Positions 55,795 to 64,000 of a stretch of DNA of 64,000 nt are shown here, in pieces. The translations under genes and the position numbers were made by a program. Origin of the DNA: Thermodesulfobacteriota bacterium (GTDB lineage: Bacteria; Desulfobacterota; Desulfobacteria; Desulfobacterales; SURF-7). The first letter of the stretch is position 1. Each line of letters opens with the position of its first letter. The notes under the pieces are model-generated. The model searched no databases. It had not been told where the DNA came from and saw only the letters and a program-made list of their open reading frames with translations. The stretch is taken from positions 320,001 through 384,000 of the forward strand of contig JBMORA010000009.1 of the NCBI GenBank assembly GCA_049320885.1, read 5' to 3'.

Positions 55795-56631
55795 TTGAAA
55801 GACGAACGCGTACGCATCACCATCCTGGTCGACAATCAAACGTTTCCGGATTTGACCGCCGAGCATGGGCTGTCCCTTTGGATTGAAACCGGCGGAAAAC
55901 ATCTTTTGTTTGATACGGGGCAGGGAATCGCGTTGAAATCCAACGCCCGGGAGCTGGGCGTGAACCTGGCCGAGACCGATATGCTGGTATTGAGCCACGG
56001 CCATTACGATCATACCGGCGGAATCACCGACGTGTTGGAATGCGCCGGCCACAGCGAGATTTTTTGCCATCCCGGGGTGATGAAACCGCGGTACAGCATT
56101 GTGAACAGGAAGGCGAAGCCGATCCAGATGCCCTGGGAGCAGATGGCGGCCATTGACAAGCTTCCCGCGAATCGTCTTCACTGGGTTTCACAGCCTGTTT
56201 CCATATCCCCGACCGCGGCGTTGACCGGTCCGATCCCCCGCAAAACGGAATTCGAAGACACCGGCGGGCCTTTTTTTCTGGATCCGGACGGCAGGCGCGG
56301 CGATCCCCTGGATGATGATCTCGCCCTGTATATCGTCACAAAGACCGGCCTGATCGTTGTGGTCGGTTGCTGCCACGCCGGCCTGGTGAACACCCTGCAC
56401 CATATCCAGAGCCTGACCAACGGCGCTGCCATACGCGCTGTCATCGGCGGTTTCCATTTATTGAATGCCGACAACCGTCGGTTGGCGGGCACCATCGCCG
56501 CATTGCAGTCCGTAAAACCGGAAAAAATTGTTCCCTGTCACTGCACCGGCGAAAAGGCTGTCATAAAAATTCAGACGGCCTTGGGCGAACGGGTTGCGGT
56601 GGGAGCGGCGGGGATGGTTTTCGAGTTCTGA
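55795..56631 (+). CDS. MBL-fold metallo-hydrolase
   Basis: 'EHGLS', 'FDTG', 'SHGHYDHTGG', 'GCCHAG', 'GGFHL', 'PCHCTG'. Confidence 0.9.
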   Translation: MKDERVRITILVDNQTFPDLTAEHGLSLWIETGGKHLLFDTGQGIALKSNARELGVNLAETDMLVLSHGHYDHTGGITDVLECAGHSEIFCHPGVMKPRYSIVNRKAKPIQMPWEQMAAIDKLPANRLHWVSQPVSISPTAALTGPIPRKTEFEDTGGPFFLDPDGRRGDPLDDDLALYIVTKTGLIVVVGCCHAGLVNTLHHIQSLTNGAAIRAVIGGFHLLNADNRRLAGTIAALQSVKPEKIVPCHCTGEKAVIKIQTALGERVAVGAAGMVFEF

Positions 56632-56649
56632 GAAACAGTCGCGGGCTGT

Positions 56650-57507
56650 TCAATCCAGGATGACGGTTTGAACGGCCCGGCGGATGTGGGTGACGATTTC
56701 CGAAACCTGCGTAGCGGGTGTCGGATCGGCATATCGTCCTGCCAGGCGGTTGATTTTCGCGGCGGCGTTGGCGGCCACAGCGGTGGGCATTCCCGCATCC
56801 ATGAGGGCCGCGGCAATACCGGTTACCGTGTCGCCGGTTCCGCCGATGGGTTCAAGCGCCGCAACAGACGGGTCATCGATGACGAAGCGAATATCGCCGT
56901 CTTCTGCCACGTAATCCTTTTTCCCCTTCACCAACAGACATTTTGCCGCGTTTTGAAAGCGGTAGGCGCGTGCGATCATTTCAGGTACCTGGTCCTCCAT
57001 ATGCAGAATGAATCCGCGCGTGTAAAACGGGTGCGGGGCCTTCTCATCAGCCAGAAAAGCCAATTCTCCCACATCGGGAGTAAACAGGTGGTAAGCTGAA
57101 GCTTGGCCGCTCATTTTGGCGGCGTACATGAAGCCTGCATCGGCGACGAGACGGGCTCGGGGACACTCTTCCGCAAAAGACAAAAGAACCCGGTTATGCC
57201 AGTCCACATCCGGCTGGAGGTAGTGAAACACAACGACGCCGCCCGGCATCAGGCGTCCGATGTTTTCATCGAGATACCGGTATAACAGACGGCTGCCATC
57301 ACCTAAACCGACATCGCCCGCAAGACAGACCAACGGCATCGGCTTGCCCAGGGTGCGGCAGGCCTGGATGGCCGCGGCTATCAGTGCGGGGGTTCCCCGG
57401 TTGATGCGAAAACTCCTGCCGCTGATGAAGATATGTCCGGCATCCATTTCTGCCGCTCCCATCACCAGCGGGCAGCCCGGTTCCGGGACAGTGCCTACGA
57501 TGAACAT
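56650..57507 (-). CDS. Ribokinase-fold (NAD(P)HX-dehydratase-like) protein of the selenium cassette
   Basis: 'ADAG.MY', 'FTPD.GEL', 'VKG..D', 'IGGTGD..TG'. Confidence 0.75.
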   Translation of the reverse strand: MFIVGTVPEPGCPLVMGAAEMDAGHIFISGRSFRINRGTPALIAAAIQACRTLGKPMPLVCLAGDVGLGDGSRLLYRYLDENIGRLMPGGVVVFHYLQPDVDWHNRVLLSFAEECPRARLVADAGFMYAAKMSGQASAYHLFTPDVGELAFLADEKAPHPFYTRGFILHMEDQVPEMIARAYRFQNAAKCLLVKGKKDYVAEDGDIRFVIDDPSVAALEPIGGTGDTVTGIAAALMDAGMPTAVAANAAAKINRLAGRYADPTPATQVSEIVTHIRRAVQTVILD

Positions 57508-58058
57508 TGTCGGACCATTTCTTCGTAGGCCAGCTGCAGGGCGTAGCCACAGAGGGTATGACCGATTTCTTTTGGTTCGGGGGCTTCCCGCAAGGTCTTT
57601 CCCACCAGTTCCCCGGCCAGAAAAGGCACATCCGGACATCCGCCGCCCGAAATATTCACGATGAGCCGTGAGGATTTTTCGATGCAAATTTTCATGTTGG
57701 CGGCGCGGACCATCAGGTAGGCGCCGAAATCGGTGATTTGATACAAATCCACCGGTTTCAACAGCACGTCCGTTACCGGTACGGTTTCCAGGGGGGTGAT
57801 TCCATTTTCGGCAAGCGTCCGAAGAATATTGAGCTTTTCCATCAAGGGGAATTCAATCACCAGATCGCATCCCCGTTGAATTTCCGCCGGCGGCCCCATG
57901 ACCCGGATAAGCCAACCCGCCTTCCGGAGGCCTTTTTCCGCCCGGATGACTTCCGACGTGTTTTCGAACACCAGAATTCCGCGATCCGTCTGTAACCGGT
58001 TTTTTTCAGGTGCGACCGGCCCTTTTTTTTCCTGCTTTTTAAAGGAAAAAAGGGACAT
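57495..58058 (-). CDS. DUF3343-domain protein
   Basis: 'F..T.EVIRAE', 'PP.EI..GC'. C-terminal 'GGGCPD', 'TLC'. Confidence 0.78.
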   Translation of the reverse strand: MSLFSFKKQEKKGPVAPEKNRLQTDRGILVFENTSEVIRAEKGLRKAGWLIRVMGPPAEIQRGCDLVIEFPLMEKLNILRTLAENGITPLETVPVTDVLLKPVDLYQITDFGAYLMVRAANMKICIEKSSRLIVNISGGGCPDVPFLAGELVGKTLREAPEPKEIGHTLCGYALQLAYEEMVRQCSS

Positions 58059-58060
58059 GG

Positions 58061-58279
58061 TCAGCCTTTATGGATCGTCAATCGGTAGCCCTGGTTGTCC
58101 GGTTGCAGATCGGCGACCCGAAACCCCTTACTTGTCGCCGCCCGCGTGACGTTTTCCCTGGAGGTGTCCGTATCCACCAGGATGATAAATTCGGTATCCG
58201 ACCCGGATTGAATGGCATCTAATGTCATGAGCACCGGTTGCGGGCAAGACAAGCCCCTGGCGTCGATTGTGGTCGTCAT
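58061..58279 (-). CDS. TusA/YedF (SirA-like) sulfur/selenium carrier
   Basis: 'IDARGLSCPQPV', 'LVD...S.ENV.R'. Confidence 0.88.
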   Translation of the reverse strand: MTTTIDARGLSCPQPVLMTLDAIQSGSDTEFIILVDTDTSRENVTRAATSKGFRVADLQPDNQGYRLTIHKG

Positions 58280-58295
58280 TTTTCCAGCTCCTTTC

Positions 58296-59390
58296 TTATT
58301 TTGAGGCATTCCGCATGGAAAAGCCGATAAACAGGCATGTCAGCATGCCGATGATCACCGCCGCCACGCCATGGGGGCCAACCCCTTCGGGCGTGCTGGC
58401 CAACCCGAAATTATGGGAGATGGCAGCTCCCACGATCATGCCGAGCACGAATACCGCCGCATCTCCATCCCCCTCGCCCGCCAGGAAAAGTTGGCGTCCG
58501 GGGCATCCCCCGGCCAAGGCAAAGGCCAGTCCGGCCAGCATCATGCCGGAAAAATTCCAGGCATGCTGGGTGTGAGCCACCGGCTGTCCGATGAATCCCG
58601 GTTTGAATTGTCCGAGCAATACATTTGCGATGAAAGCGGCGGCCACGAGTGCGATCAAGCCGCTGAACAGATGCAGATGACGAAAAAGGAGGAGGTCCCG
58701 CAATGCGCCCATGGTGCAGAACCGGCTGCGCTGGGCCAGAAATCCTATGGTAAGGCCCGCCGCCAGGGAAACCGTCAGGGGAGCGTGCATGGCGCCCGGG
58801 CCCGTGACGCTGTAAAACAGAATCCCGCTGTTGGGCAGCTCTTTGATCCGGGGATAGATCAACAGTAACGCCAGCAACCCCAGTACGATCATCGGCATCA
58901 TCCAGCCTACCGCCGCATGCGTGTTCTGGCTGCGCCCTAGGTTATACCCGTTTTTTAAAAACAGGGTCCCGATCCAGATGCCGAATGTAAGGCCCGCCAG
59001 GCCGAAAATAGCGTTACCGTCGCCACCGGCCAGGCGCAAGGCCGCCCTCCATGGGCATCCCAGGAAAACGAGAGCCCCCACCATGGCGAGGGCGCCGAGA
59101 ATGAAACGCACAATCGGCGCTGATCCGGCGCGCGGGCGGTATTCCTTGAACAAATAAGCGGCTGCCAGCGAGCCGATGACAAAACCGATGATTTCCGGCC
59201 GGATATATTGCACCACCGCGGCGCGGTGCAGTCCAAGGGCTCCGGCAATGTCCCGTTCAAAACAGGCTACGCATATGCCCATATTGCCCGGATTGCCCCA
59301 TTTCTGCAGTAAAGCCGCCAGAATTCCGATGGCCGCGCCCACGCTGACGATTCCCCAGCGACTGGCAAAAAAGCGTTTGATTGCATCCAT
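58296..59390 (-). CDS. yedE: YedE-family putative selenium transporter
   Basis: 'GNPGNMGICVACF.RD', 'LGCPWR', 'QRSRFC', 'GGCPGRQ'. Confidence 0.88.
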   Translation of the reverse strand: MDAIKRFFASRWGIVSVGAAIGILAALLQKWGNPGNMGICVACFERDIAGALGLHRAAVVQYIRPEIIGFVIGSLAAAYLFKEYRPRAGSAPIVRFILGALAMVGALVFLGCPWRAALRLAGGDGNAIFGLAGLTFGIWIGTLFLKNGYNLGRSQNTHAAVGWMMPMIVLGLLALLLIYPRIKELPNSGILFYSVTGPGAMHAPLTVSLAAGLTIGFLAQRSRFCTMGALRDLLLFRHLHLFSGLIALVAAAFIANVLLGQFKPGFIGQPVAHTQHAWNFSGMMLAGLAFALAGGCPGRQLFLAGEGDGDAAVFVLGMIVGAAISHNFGLASTPEGVGPHGVAAVIIGMLTCLFIGFSMRNASK

Positions 59391-59429
59391 GTCGTCTCTC
59401 CTTTGATATCCGAATTTCTCGGCGCAGGT

Positions 59430-59453
59430 TGTTATGAGCAAAAGTTCATAACA
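59430..59453. promoter_or_regulatory. Palindrome upstream of yedE (candidate operator)
   Basis: TGTTATGA-GCAAAAGT-TCATAACA, perfect 8-bp arms. Confidence 0.5.
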
Positions 59454-59516
59454 TCGACGTCATGGATTTTTCCAATATTTAATATCTATGATCTGTTCCA
59501 TCTTCATCGAAATCTT

Positions 59517-60383
59517 CTATGATGAAGATCGGATGCAGGTTCGAGCGATGGCGGCGCTGCCCACGGCGCACCCCAGATCGCGGGCAATGACGGCGCATTT
59601 TGCTTTCAGCAGAAAAAAAATGGGTTTATCGCTGTCCGAGAGGGTCTCGTAGTTTCCCTGGCCTTTGGCGATAACAACATCAGCCTCCTGGAAACAGCTT
59701 TGGAACGCTTCCGAGCAGCCGGAAAGGATCGTTCCGGGCACATCCGAACCGTTGTCGATCACGTCGATTATCTTGGTCAGACCGGTATCCACCGCGTCGG
59801 CGAAGGTAGCGTCATTGATAACCGGCCGGCCCCTGACAACATAGGTGACCTTGTGGATGGGAAGCTGTTCGAGGAGCAGCCGGTCGAAAACAATCTCACC
59901 CGTGTTGTCTCCCAGATACAAAATGCGTCGGGCCTGCGCCACCGCTTCCCGCAGCTCCTGCACATTCCCGACCATGGATTCGGCCAATGCCGACTCAATG
60001 GTCTTCTGAATGACCATGTCATCGATTTCGGCGTTCACGCCGAAATCGATGATGTTGCCGGCGATGGCCAGGCGGACGGCGGTTTCAAACCGGTCCCTGG
60101 ACTCATCAACCATGGCCTGGAGGGAGGGATAGAGGGCCAAGGCATGCCGGTTGAAGCGGTCCTTGACTGCCCGGTACGGATCGTCGATACCGGAAACGGT
60201 TCGAATGATGCGATGGATGAGCTGGCCCATGATGGGCGGCGGCCGGCTCAAATCCATCCGGCTGACCGCGGCCAGCACCTCCCGCAGGACCGATTCATGA
60301 ATGCCTTCATCCGACGTTGCAAATCTCACTGCCTCCAACGTCTGGCGGATGAAACAGGGAATGCAGTCGTAATAGGTCTTCAT
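59517..60383 (-). CDS. DUF89/ARMT1-like damage-control phosphatase
   Basis: 'CIPC', 'DPY', 'AIAGNIIDFG', 'DNTGEIVFD', 'AKGQGNYE'. Confidence 0.9.
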   Translation of the reverse strand: MKTYYDCIPCFIRQTLEAVRFATSDEGIHESVLREVLAAVSRMDLSRPPPIMGQLIHRIIRTVSGIDDPYRAVKDRFNRHALALYPSLQAMVDESRDRFETAVRLAIAGNIIDFGVNAEIDDMVIQKTIESALAESMVGNVQELREAVAQARRILYLGDNTGEIVFDRLLLEQLPIHKVTYVVRGRPVINDATFADAVDTGLTKIIDVIDNGSDVPGTILSGCSEAFQSCFQEADVVIAKGQGNYETLSDSDKPIFFLLKAKCAVIARDLGCAVGSAAIARTCIRSSS

Positions 60384-60411
60384 GGCGCCGGTCCTGCTGG
60401 AAGAAAACGTT

Positions 60412-61287
60412 TTACAGGAGTTTTTCCTGTTTGAGGCGGTTCAGTATTTCGCAGGTGGATTGACTGCGGTCCATGGTATAAAAATGAAGTCCGGGAACGC
60501 CTGCTTTCAGCAGCTCCCGGCATTGTTCGGTGGCAAATTCGATCCCCACATTCTGGACAGCGTCCTTGTTGTCGGCATCCACGGCGTCCAATCGTTGCTG
60601 CAGTTTTTTCGTAATGGACGATCCGCATACGCTGGACAGCATTTGGGTCATTTTCACGCTGTAGACAGGCATAACGCCCGGTACGATCGGCGCCTGCACA
60701 CCCTTCGCCAGGCATTTGTCAACGTACTCATAATAGAAGGCATTGTCATAGAAATACTGGGTGACGACGTAATCGGCGCCGTTGTCCACTTTTTTCTTCA
60801 GGCAGGCGATGTCGTTTTCCAGGCTTTGCGCTTCGATGTGCCCTTCGGGATATCCCGCGCATCCCAGGGTGAAATCATAATGCTTCTTGATAAAAGCGAT
60901 CATGTCCGCGGCGTAGGGAAAACTATGGGGGTGCGGCGTGAATTCGGTTTCCCGGGGCTGGTCCCCGCGGATGACGAAAATGGTTTCAACGCCCAGCTCT
61001 TTGTATTTATCCAAAACGGCCCGGATGTCATCCGGCCCGAGGCCGAAACCGGCGATATAGGCGACGGTGGGCTGTTTCTTATCGATCATCACTTCTTTTA
61101 CGGTCTGATAGGAACCATCCCGGGTGGATCCCCCGGCGCCGAAGGTGACGGACATGTAATCCGGTTGATGAACGGCCAGCTTGTCGATCAGAGCGCCGAA
61201 TGTCGCCGCGGCTTTTTCGTTTCGCGGCGGGAAAAATTCCATTGAAATGACCGGTTTTTTGTTTTCGTACAGCCGGGTAACGCGCAT
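60412..61287 (-). CDS. metF: 5,10-methylenetetrahydrofolate reductase
   Basis: 'SMEFFPPR', 'SVTFGAGGS', 'RGD', 'AGYPEGH', 'TQYFYD', 'HFYTM'. Confidence 0.92.
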   Translation of the reverse strand: MRVTRLYENKKPVISMEFFPPRNEKAAATFGALIDKLAVHQPDYMSVTFGAGGSTRDGSYQTVKEVMIDKKQPTVAYIAGFGLGPDDIRAVLDKYKELGVETIFVIRGDQPRETEFTPHPHSFPYAADMIAFIKKHYDFTLGCAGYPEGHIEAQSLENDIACLKKKVDNGADYVVTQYFYDNAFYYEYVDKCLAKGVQAPIVPGVMPVYSVKMTQMLSSVCGSSITKKLQQRLDAVDADNKDAVQNVGIEFATEQCRELLKAGVPGLHFYTMDRSQSTCEILNRLKQEKLL

Positions 61288-61357
61288 AGGTCTTTTCCTT
61301 TCCGTGCTTCTTTACAGTTGATGTATTATATGGACGGCCTCAGATGCAAGCCGCAAC

Positions 61358-61831
61358 CTAACCGGATAACAAAAAAGTTCCGTCATAGCCGGCATAATCT
61401 TCAATGGTTTTCCGATGAATTGGAACGAGGGCCGCCGGCAGTCGTTCCAGCGGGAAAAAGCGTACATCCGAGCCTTCCCGACCATCGGCGCGGGGTCGGC
61501 CCGTCCATTCACTGACGATGAAGGCCAGGGCAAAACACTGGACTTCGTCTCCGTTTGGGTAAGTTATCTGCTGGTTGGGACCGGAATACAACCCCATGGG
61601 ATGCGCGGTGACTACCGTCAGTCCGGTTTCTTCTAAAACTTCCCGCTCCAGCGCATCGTAGACGGTTTCATTCAGTTCCACCGCCCCGCCGGGAAGGCCC
61701 CACAACGATGAGTCCGTACGGCGCTGAAGCAGAATTTCTGATGGTTGATTCACGATCACCGCCCTTACGCCGGGGACGAAAATGCGCTGAGCGCCGACCA
61801 TGGATCGAATTGTTTGAACGTAACTGGACAT
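61358..61831 (-). CDS. NUDIX hydrolase
   Basis: Nudix box 'GGAVELNET..DAL.REV.EETG'. Alternative start at 61858. Confidence 0.9.
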   Translation of the reverse strand: MSSYVQTIRSMVGAQRIFVPGVRAVIVNQPSEILLQRRTDSSLWGLPGGAVELNETVYDALEREVLEETGLTVVTAHPMGLYSGPNQQITYPNGDEVQCFALAFIVSEWTGRPRADGREGSDVRFFPLERLPAALVPIHRKTIEDYAGYDGTFLLSG

Positions 61832-61844
61832 GTGGTCATCACGA

Positions 61845-62804
61845 TTATGTTGTTTCATTCACCGGGTCCGGATCATTATCTTTATGGCTGGCCGTATAAT
61901 AAACGTTCGATTTTTTGTAAACTGAAAATACGAGTCCTGCCTGCATCAGTTTGCCGATATATTTCGCGGTCTCATTGCGGTGCAGATCGAATGCCTCCAG
62001 AATTTGTTCCATGGTGCAGGGTCTGCGCTGCAGCATGGACAAAATACCCGCTTCTTTCGCTTGAGCGGTTTTATGGTGATCCGATCGGAATTCAGCTATG
62101 ATTTCAGCAGGCGGGTCAAACAGGGGCAATAGCGCCTTCAGATGATTGTGGGGTACGGCCACCGCGAAGTTTTCCGCCGGCGGCCGCGAGACGGTATTCA
62201 GCTGAATACGATCGGGTTTGATTTTTTGGATATGTGCCGCGATTTGAGCAACAGAATCGGGAGTCGAATTCATCCCTTCCAGCAAAAAAACCTCCACCCA
62301 TAAACTCCCTTTAAACTGACAGCGAAAACGGATTTGTCCATCCACCATCCGGCTGAACTGGAGCGCCGCATGCGGGCGGTTGATGTTTATAAAAGAAGCC
62401 TGGTCCCAGGCGCTTAATGAGATTTTAACGATATCGGCAAGCGCTGCCGATTCCCGCACGGAAGAAGAATCCAGGGTCGATCCATTGGTCAGCAACACCG
62501 AAGGGATTTTCGTTTTTCTTTGTAAAAACTCAAGAACGCGGCCGAAGCCCGTATGAAGCGTCGGTTCACCCGAACCGGAAAGCGTTACATAGTCCGCATT
62601 ACCTTCTGTTTGCAGCCAGGACCCTATTTCGTCCAGCACGTTGTCAATGGGAACATATTCTTTGCGTATGATCGTTTGCTGCCGGGTTCGGCCGAGCTGG
62701 CAGAAAACGCAGTTGAAGCTGCACGTTTTGAACGGCGTCAGATCAACGCCCAATGACCGCCCGAGCCGGCGGGACGGCACGGGTCCGAATAAATAGTGAT
62801 TCAT
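61845..62804 (-). CDS. Radical SAM protein (COG0731-like Fe-S oxidoreductase)
   Basis: 'FGPVPSRRLGRSLGVD', CxxxCxxC 'CSFNCVFC', 'SGEPTL', 'LTNG'. Confidence 0.9.
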   Translation of the reverse strand: MNHYLFGPVPSRRLGRSLGVDLTPFKTCSFNCVFCQLGRTRQQTIIRKEYVPIDNVLDEIGSWLQTEGNADYVTLSGSGEPTLHTGFGRVLEFLQRKTKIPSVLLTNGSTLDSSSVRESAALADIVKISLSAWDQASFININRPHAALQFSRMVDGQIRFRCQFKGSLWVEVFLLEGMNSTPDSVAQIAAHIQKIKPDRIQLNTVSRPPAENFAVAVPHNHLKALLPLFDPPAEIIAEFRSDHHKTAQAKEAGILSMLQRRPCTMEQILEAFDLHRNETAKYIGKLMQAGLVFSVYKKSNVYYTASHKDNDPDPVNETT

Positions 62805-63193
62805 TAGAGGGTTTCTTTTGCTTTGATTTCAGGTTGGTATCCATTGGGCAGATGGGCGGTTCCCTTGACACACGGCAGACCGGTTTCCGCATGAACCCGG
62901 TCCATGATGTCGTCCAGGTGGTCGCAGAAGCCGTCGCCGTTCTGCCAGCCCGTATCTGTTTTGCGGGCAAAGGCGCAGGTACAGAAATGAATGGCCTCGG
63001 CCCCCTTGGATTTAAGTATTTTGGCGAGATTGACGGCGTTGTCGCCCGGACATCTGCAGGTAAACACCCCGGCCGGGGAGCAGGACTCGTATTCGGCAAA
63101 GCCTTCCTTGGCGGACAGCATGCTCGTCAGACAACTGGTCAACGGACACCGGTCTTGGTTTTTCTCACAACGGATGATGGCGACTTTGGTCAT
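62804..63193 (-). CDS. CGGC-domain protein
   Basis: 'KVAIIRC', 'CP...C', 'G.F..Y', 'TCRCPG', 'IHF.TC', 'GT.H'. Confidence 0.8.
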   Translation of the reverse strand: MTKVAIIRCEKNQDRCPLTSCLTSMLSAKEGFAEYESCSPAGVFTCRCPGDNAVNLAKILKSKGAEAIHFCTCAFARKTDTGWQNGDGFCDHLDDIMDRVHAETGLPCVKGTAHLPNGYQPEIKAKETL

Positions 63194-63233
63194 GTTCCCC
63201 TCCAAACAGATTGGTTTTCAGAATTCTCAAACA

Positions 63234-63671
63234 TCAGCCCGCCTGCTTTCCGCGGCTCATATACTGGTGCAGGGCTTCCTGGAGAGTCGCGGCGGCGAGT
63301 TCGGTGCAATGATGATCTTCTTTCGGCAGTCGGCCGATGGCCTGTAAGATTGCTTCGCCGGTAATATCGGCAAGTTCGTCCGGATTTTTACCCATGGCCA
63401 ATTCCGCCGCAAAGGAGCCGCTCAGGCTGCTGGACGCGCAGCCATCGGTGAAATAAGAGGCCCGGGACACGCAACCGTTATTGAATTGGAGATAGATTTC
63501 AATCGTGTCGCCGCATTTCCCGGTGATGCGGGCGTGGGCGTCCGGCTGCTCCATTCTGCCATGGTAGCGGGGGTTGCGCCAGCGCTGGAATCCTTTTTCG
63601 CCATAAGCGGATTTGGCTTCTTCAAAGATTTCCGCCTGGAGGTTGTTTACAAAATCATCAAAATTGTCCAC
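63234..63671 (-). CDS. NifU/IscU-like Fe-S scaffold protein
   Basis: 'NPR..G', 'CGD', 'TDGC', 'HC..LA'. GTG start. Confidence 0.88.
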   Translation of the reverse strand: MDNFDDFVNNLQAEIFEEAKSAYGEKGFQRWRNPRYHGRMEQPDAHARITGKCGDTIEIYLQFNNGCVSRASYFTDGCASSSLSGSFAAELAMGKNPDELADITGEAILQAIGRLPKEDHHCTELAAATLQEALHQYMSRGKQAG

Positions 63672-63765
63672 GGGGCCCTGCTTTCGTGCGGATGGTCACA
63701 CCCAGTTCCGGCTATTTTGAAAAGCCCTTTTTGCAATAGTGCCGGCTTTGTCTCACTGTCACAAC

Positions 63766-63781
63766 AGCAAAGGATATGCCA
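63766..63781 (-). promoter_or_regulatory. Sigma54 (-24/-12) promoter
   Basis: Minus strand TGGCATATCCTTTGCT, correct spacing, about 95 nt upstream of the scaffold gene. Confidence 0.7.
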
Positions 63782-64000
63782 TGCTGGCAAGGGAACAGAG
63801 ACTATTGTTTTGACAATGAATAAAATAAATTACATCCGCAGAGGATATGCCCCGGATGTTTTACGATGATGGACAGAAGCGGAATTGCGCCTCATGCATG
63901 TCAGATCTGCGACTCGAAGAGACTGCAGCAGTCAAAGCGGAAGAAAAATCGCTGGGAAATAGCTCCTTCTCCGCAGATCGATGGATGGAGGCATCGAATA

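Noticed and set aside
1..64000. CRISPR array, rRNA, tRNA or intact IS
   Set aside because: No regularly spaced repeats, cas genes, cloverleafs or intact transposase were seen by eye.

Overview
Chromosomal window of a GC-rich anaerobic bacterium. Gene content suggests Desulfobacterota (inferred from TunR, hcp, DUF5320/CGGC genes and REP-like repeats). No rRNA, tRNA or CRISPR array was seen. From left to right: (1) a livKHMGF-type ABC transporter running into a polyhydroxyalkanoate locus with class I phaC, a DUF3141 synthase-like hydrolase, phaR, three tandem paralogous phasin-like genes, an unknown gene and phaJ, with a shared 16-bp PhaR-type operator at two promoters. (2) A two-input signalling module. 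A periplasmic binding protein, HAMP-PAS kinase, stand-alone receiver and divergent diadenylate-cyclase(DAC)-domain gene converge on a cytoplasmic group-2 sensory-type [NiFe]-hydrogenase and a PAS kinase whose phosphotransfer domain is nearly identical to that of the first kinase. This is the best candidate for an undescribed system: H2 sensing linked to cyclic-dinucleotide signalling. (3) An AT-rich patch with a transposase remnant and a repeat-flanked toxin-antitoxin pair. (4) gabD, a LysE exporter, a DEAD-box helicase and a cold-shock protein. (5) An expanded arsenic-resistance operon containing a hidden UGA+SECIS selenoprotein candidate that the ORF track truncates. (6) Modules for metal efflux, molybdate/tungstate (TunR with a perfect palindrome), NO/nitrite (NnrR-type regulator, hcp, qNor), chromate (chrB without chrA) and selenium (yedE/yedF/DUF3343). 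(7) Two convergent sigma54-preceded Fe-S/metallocofactor operons. All calls come from motif recognition by eye; no database searches were run.
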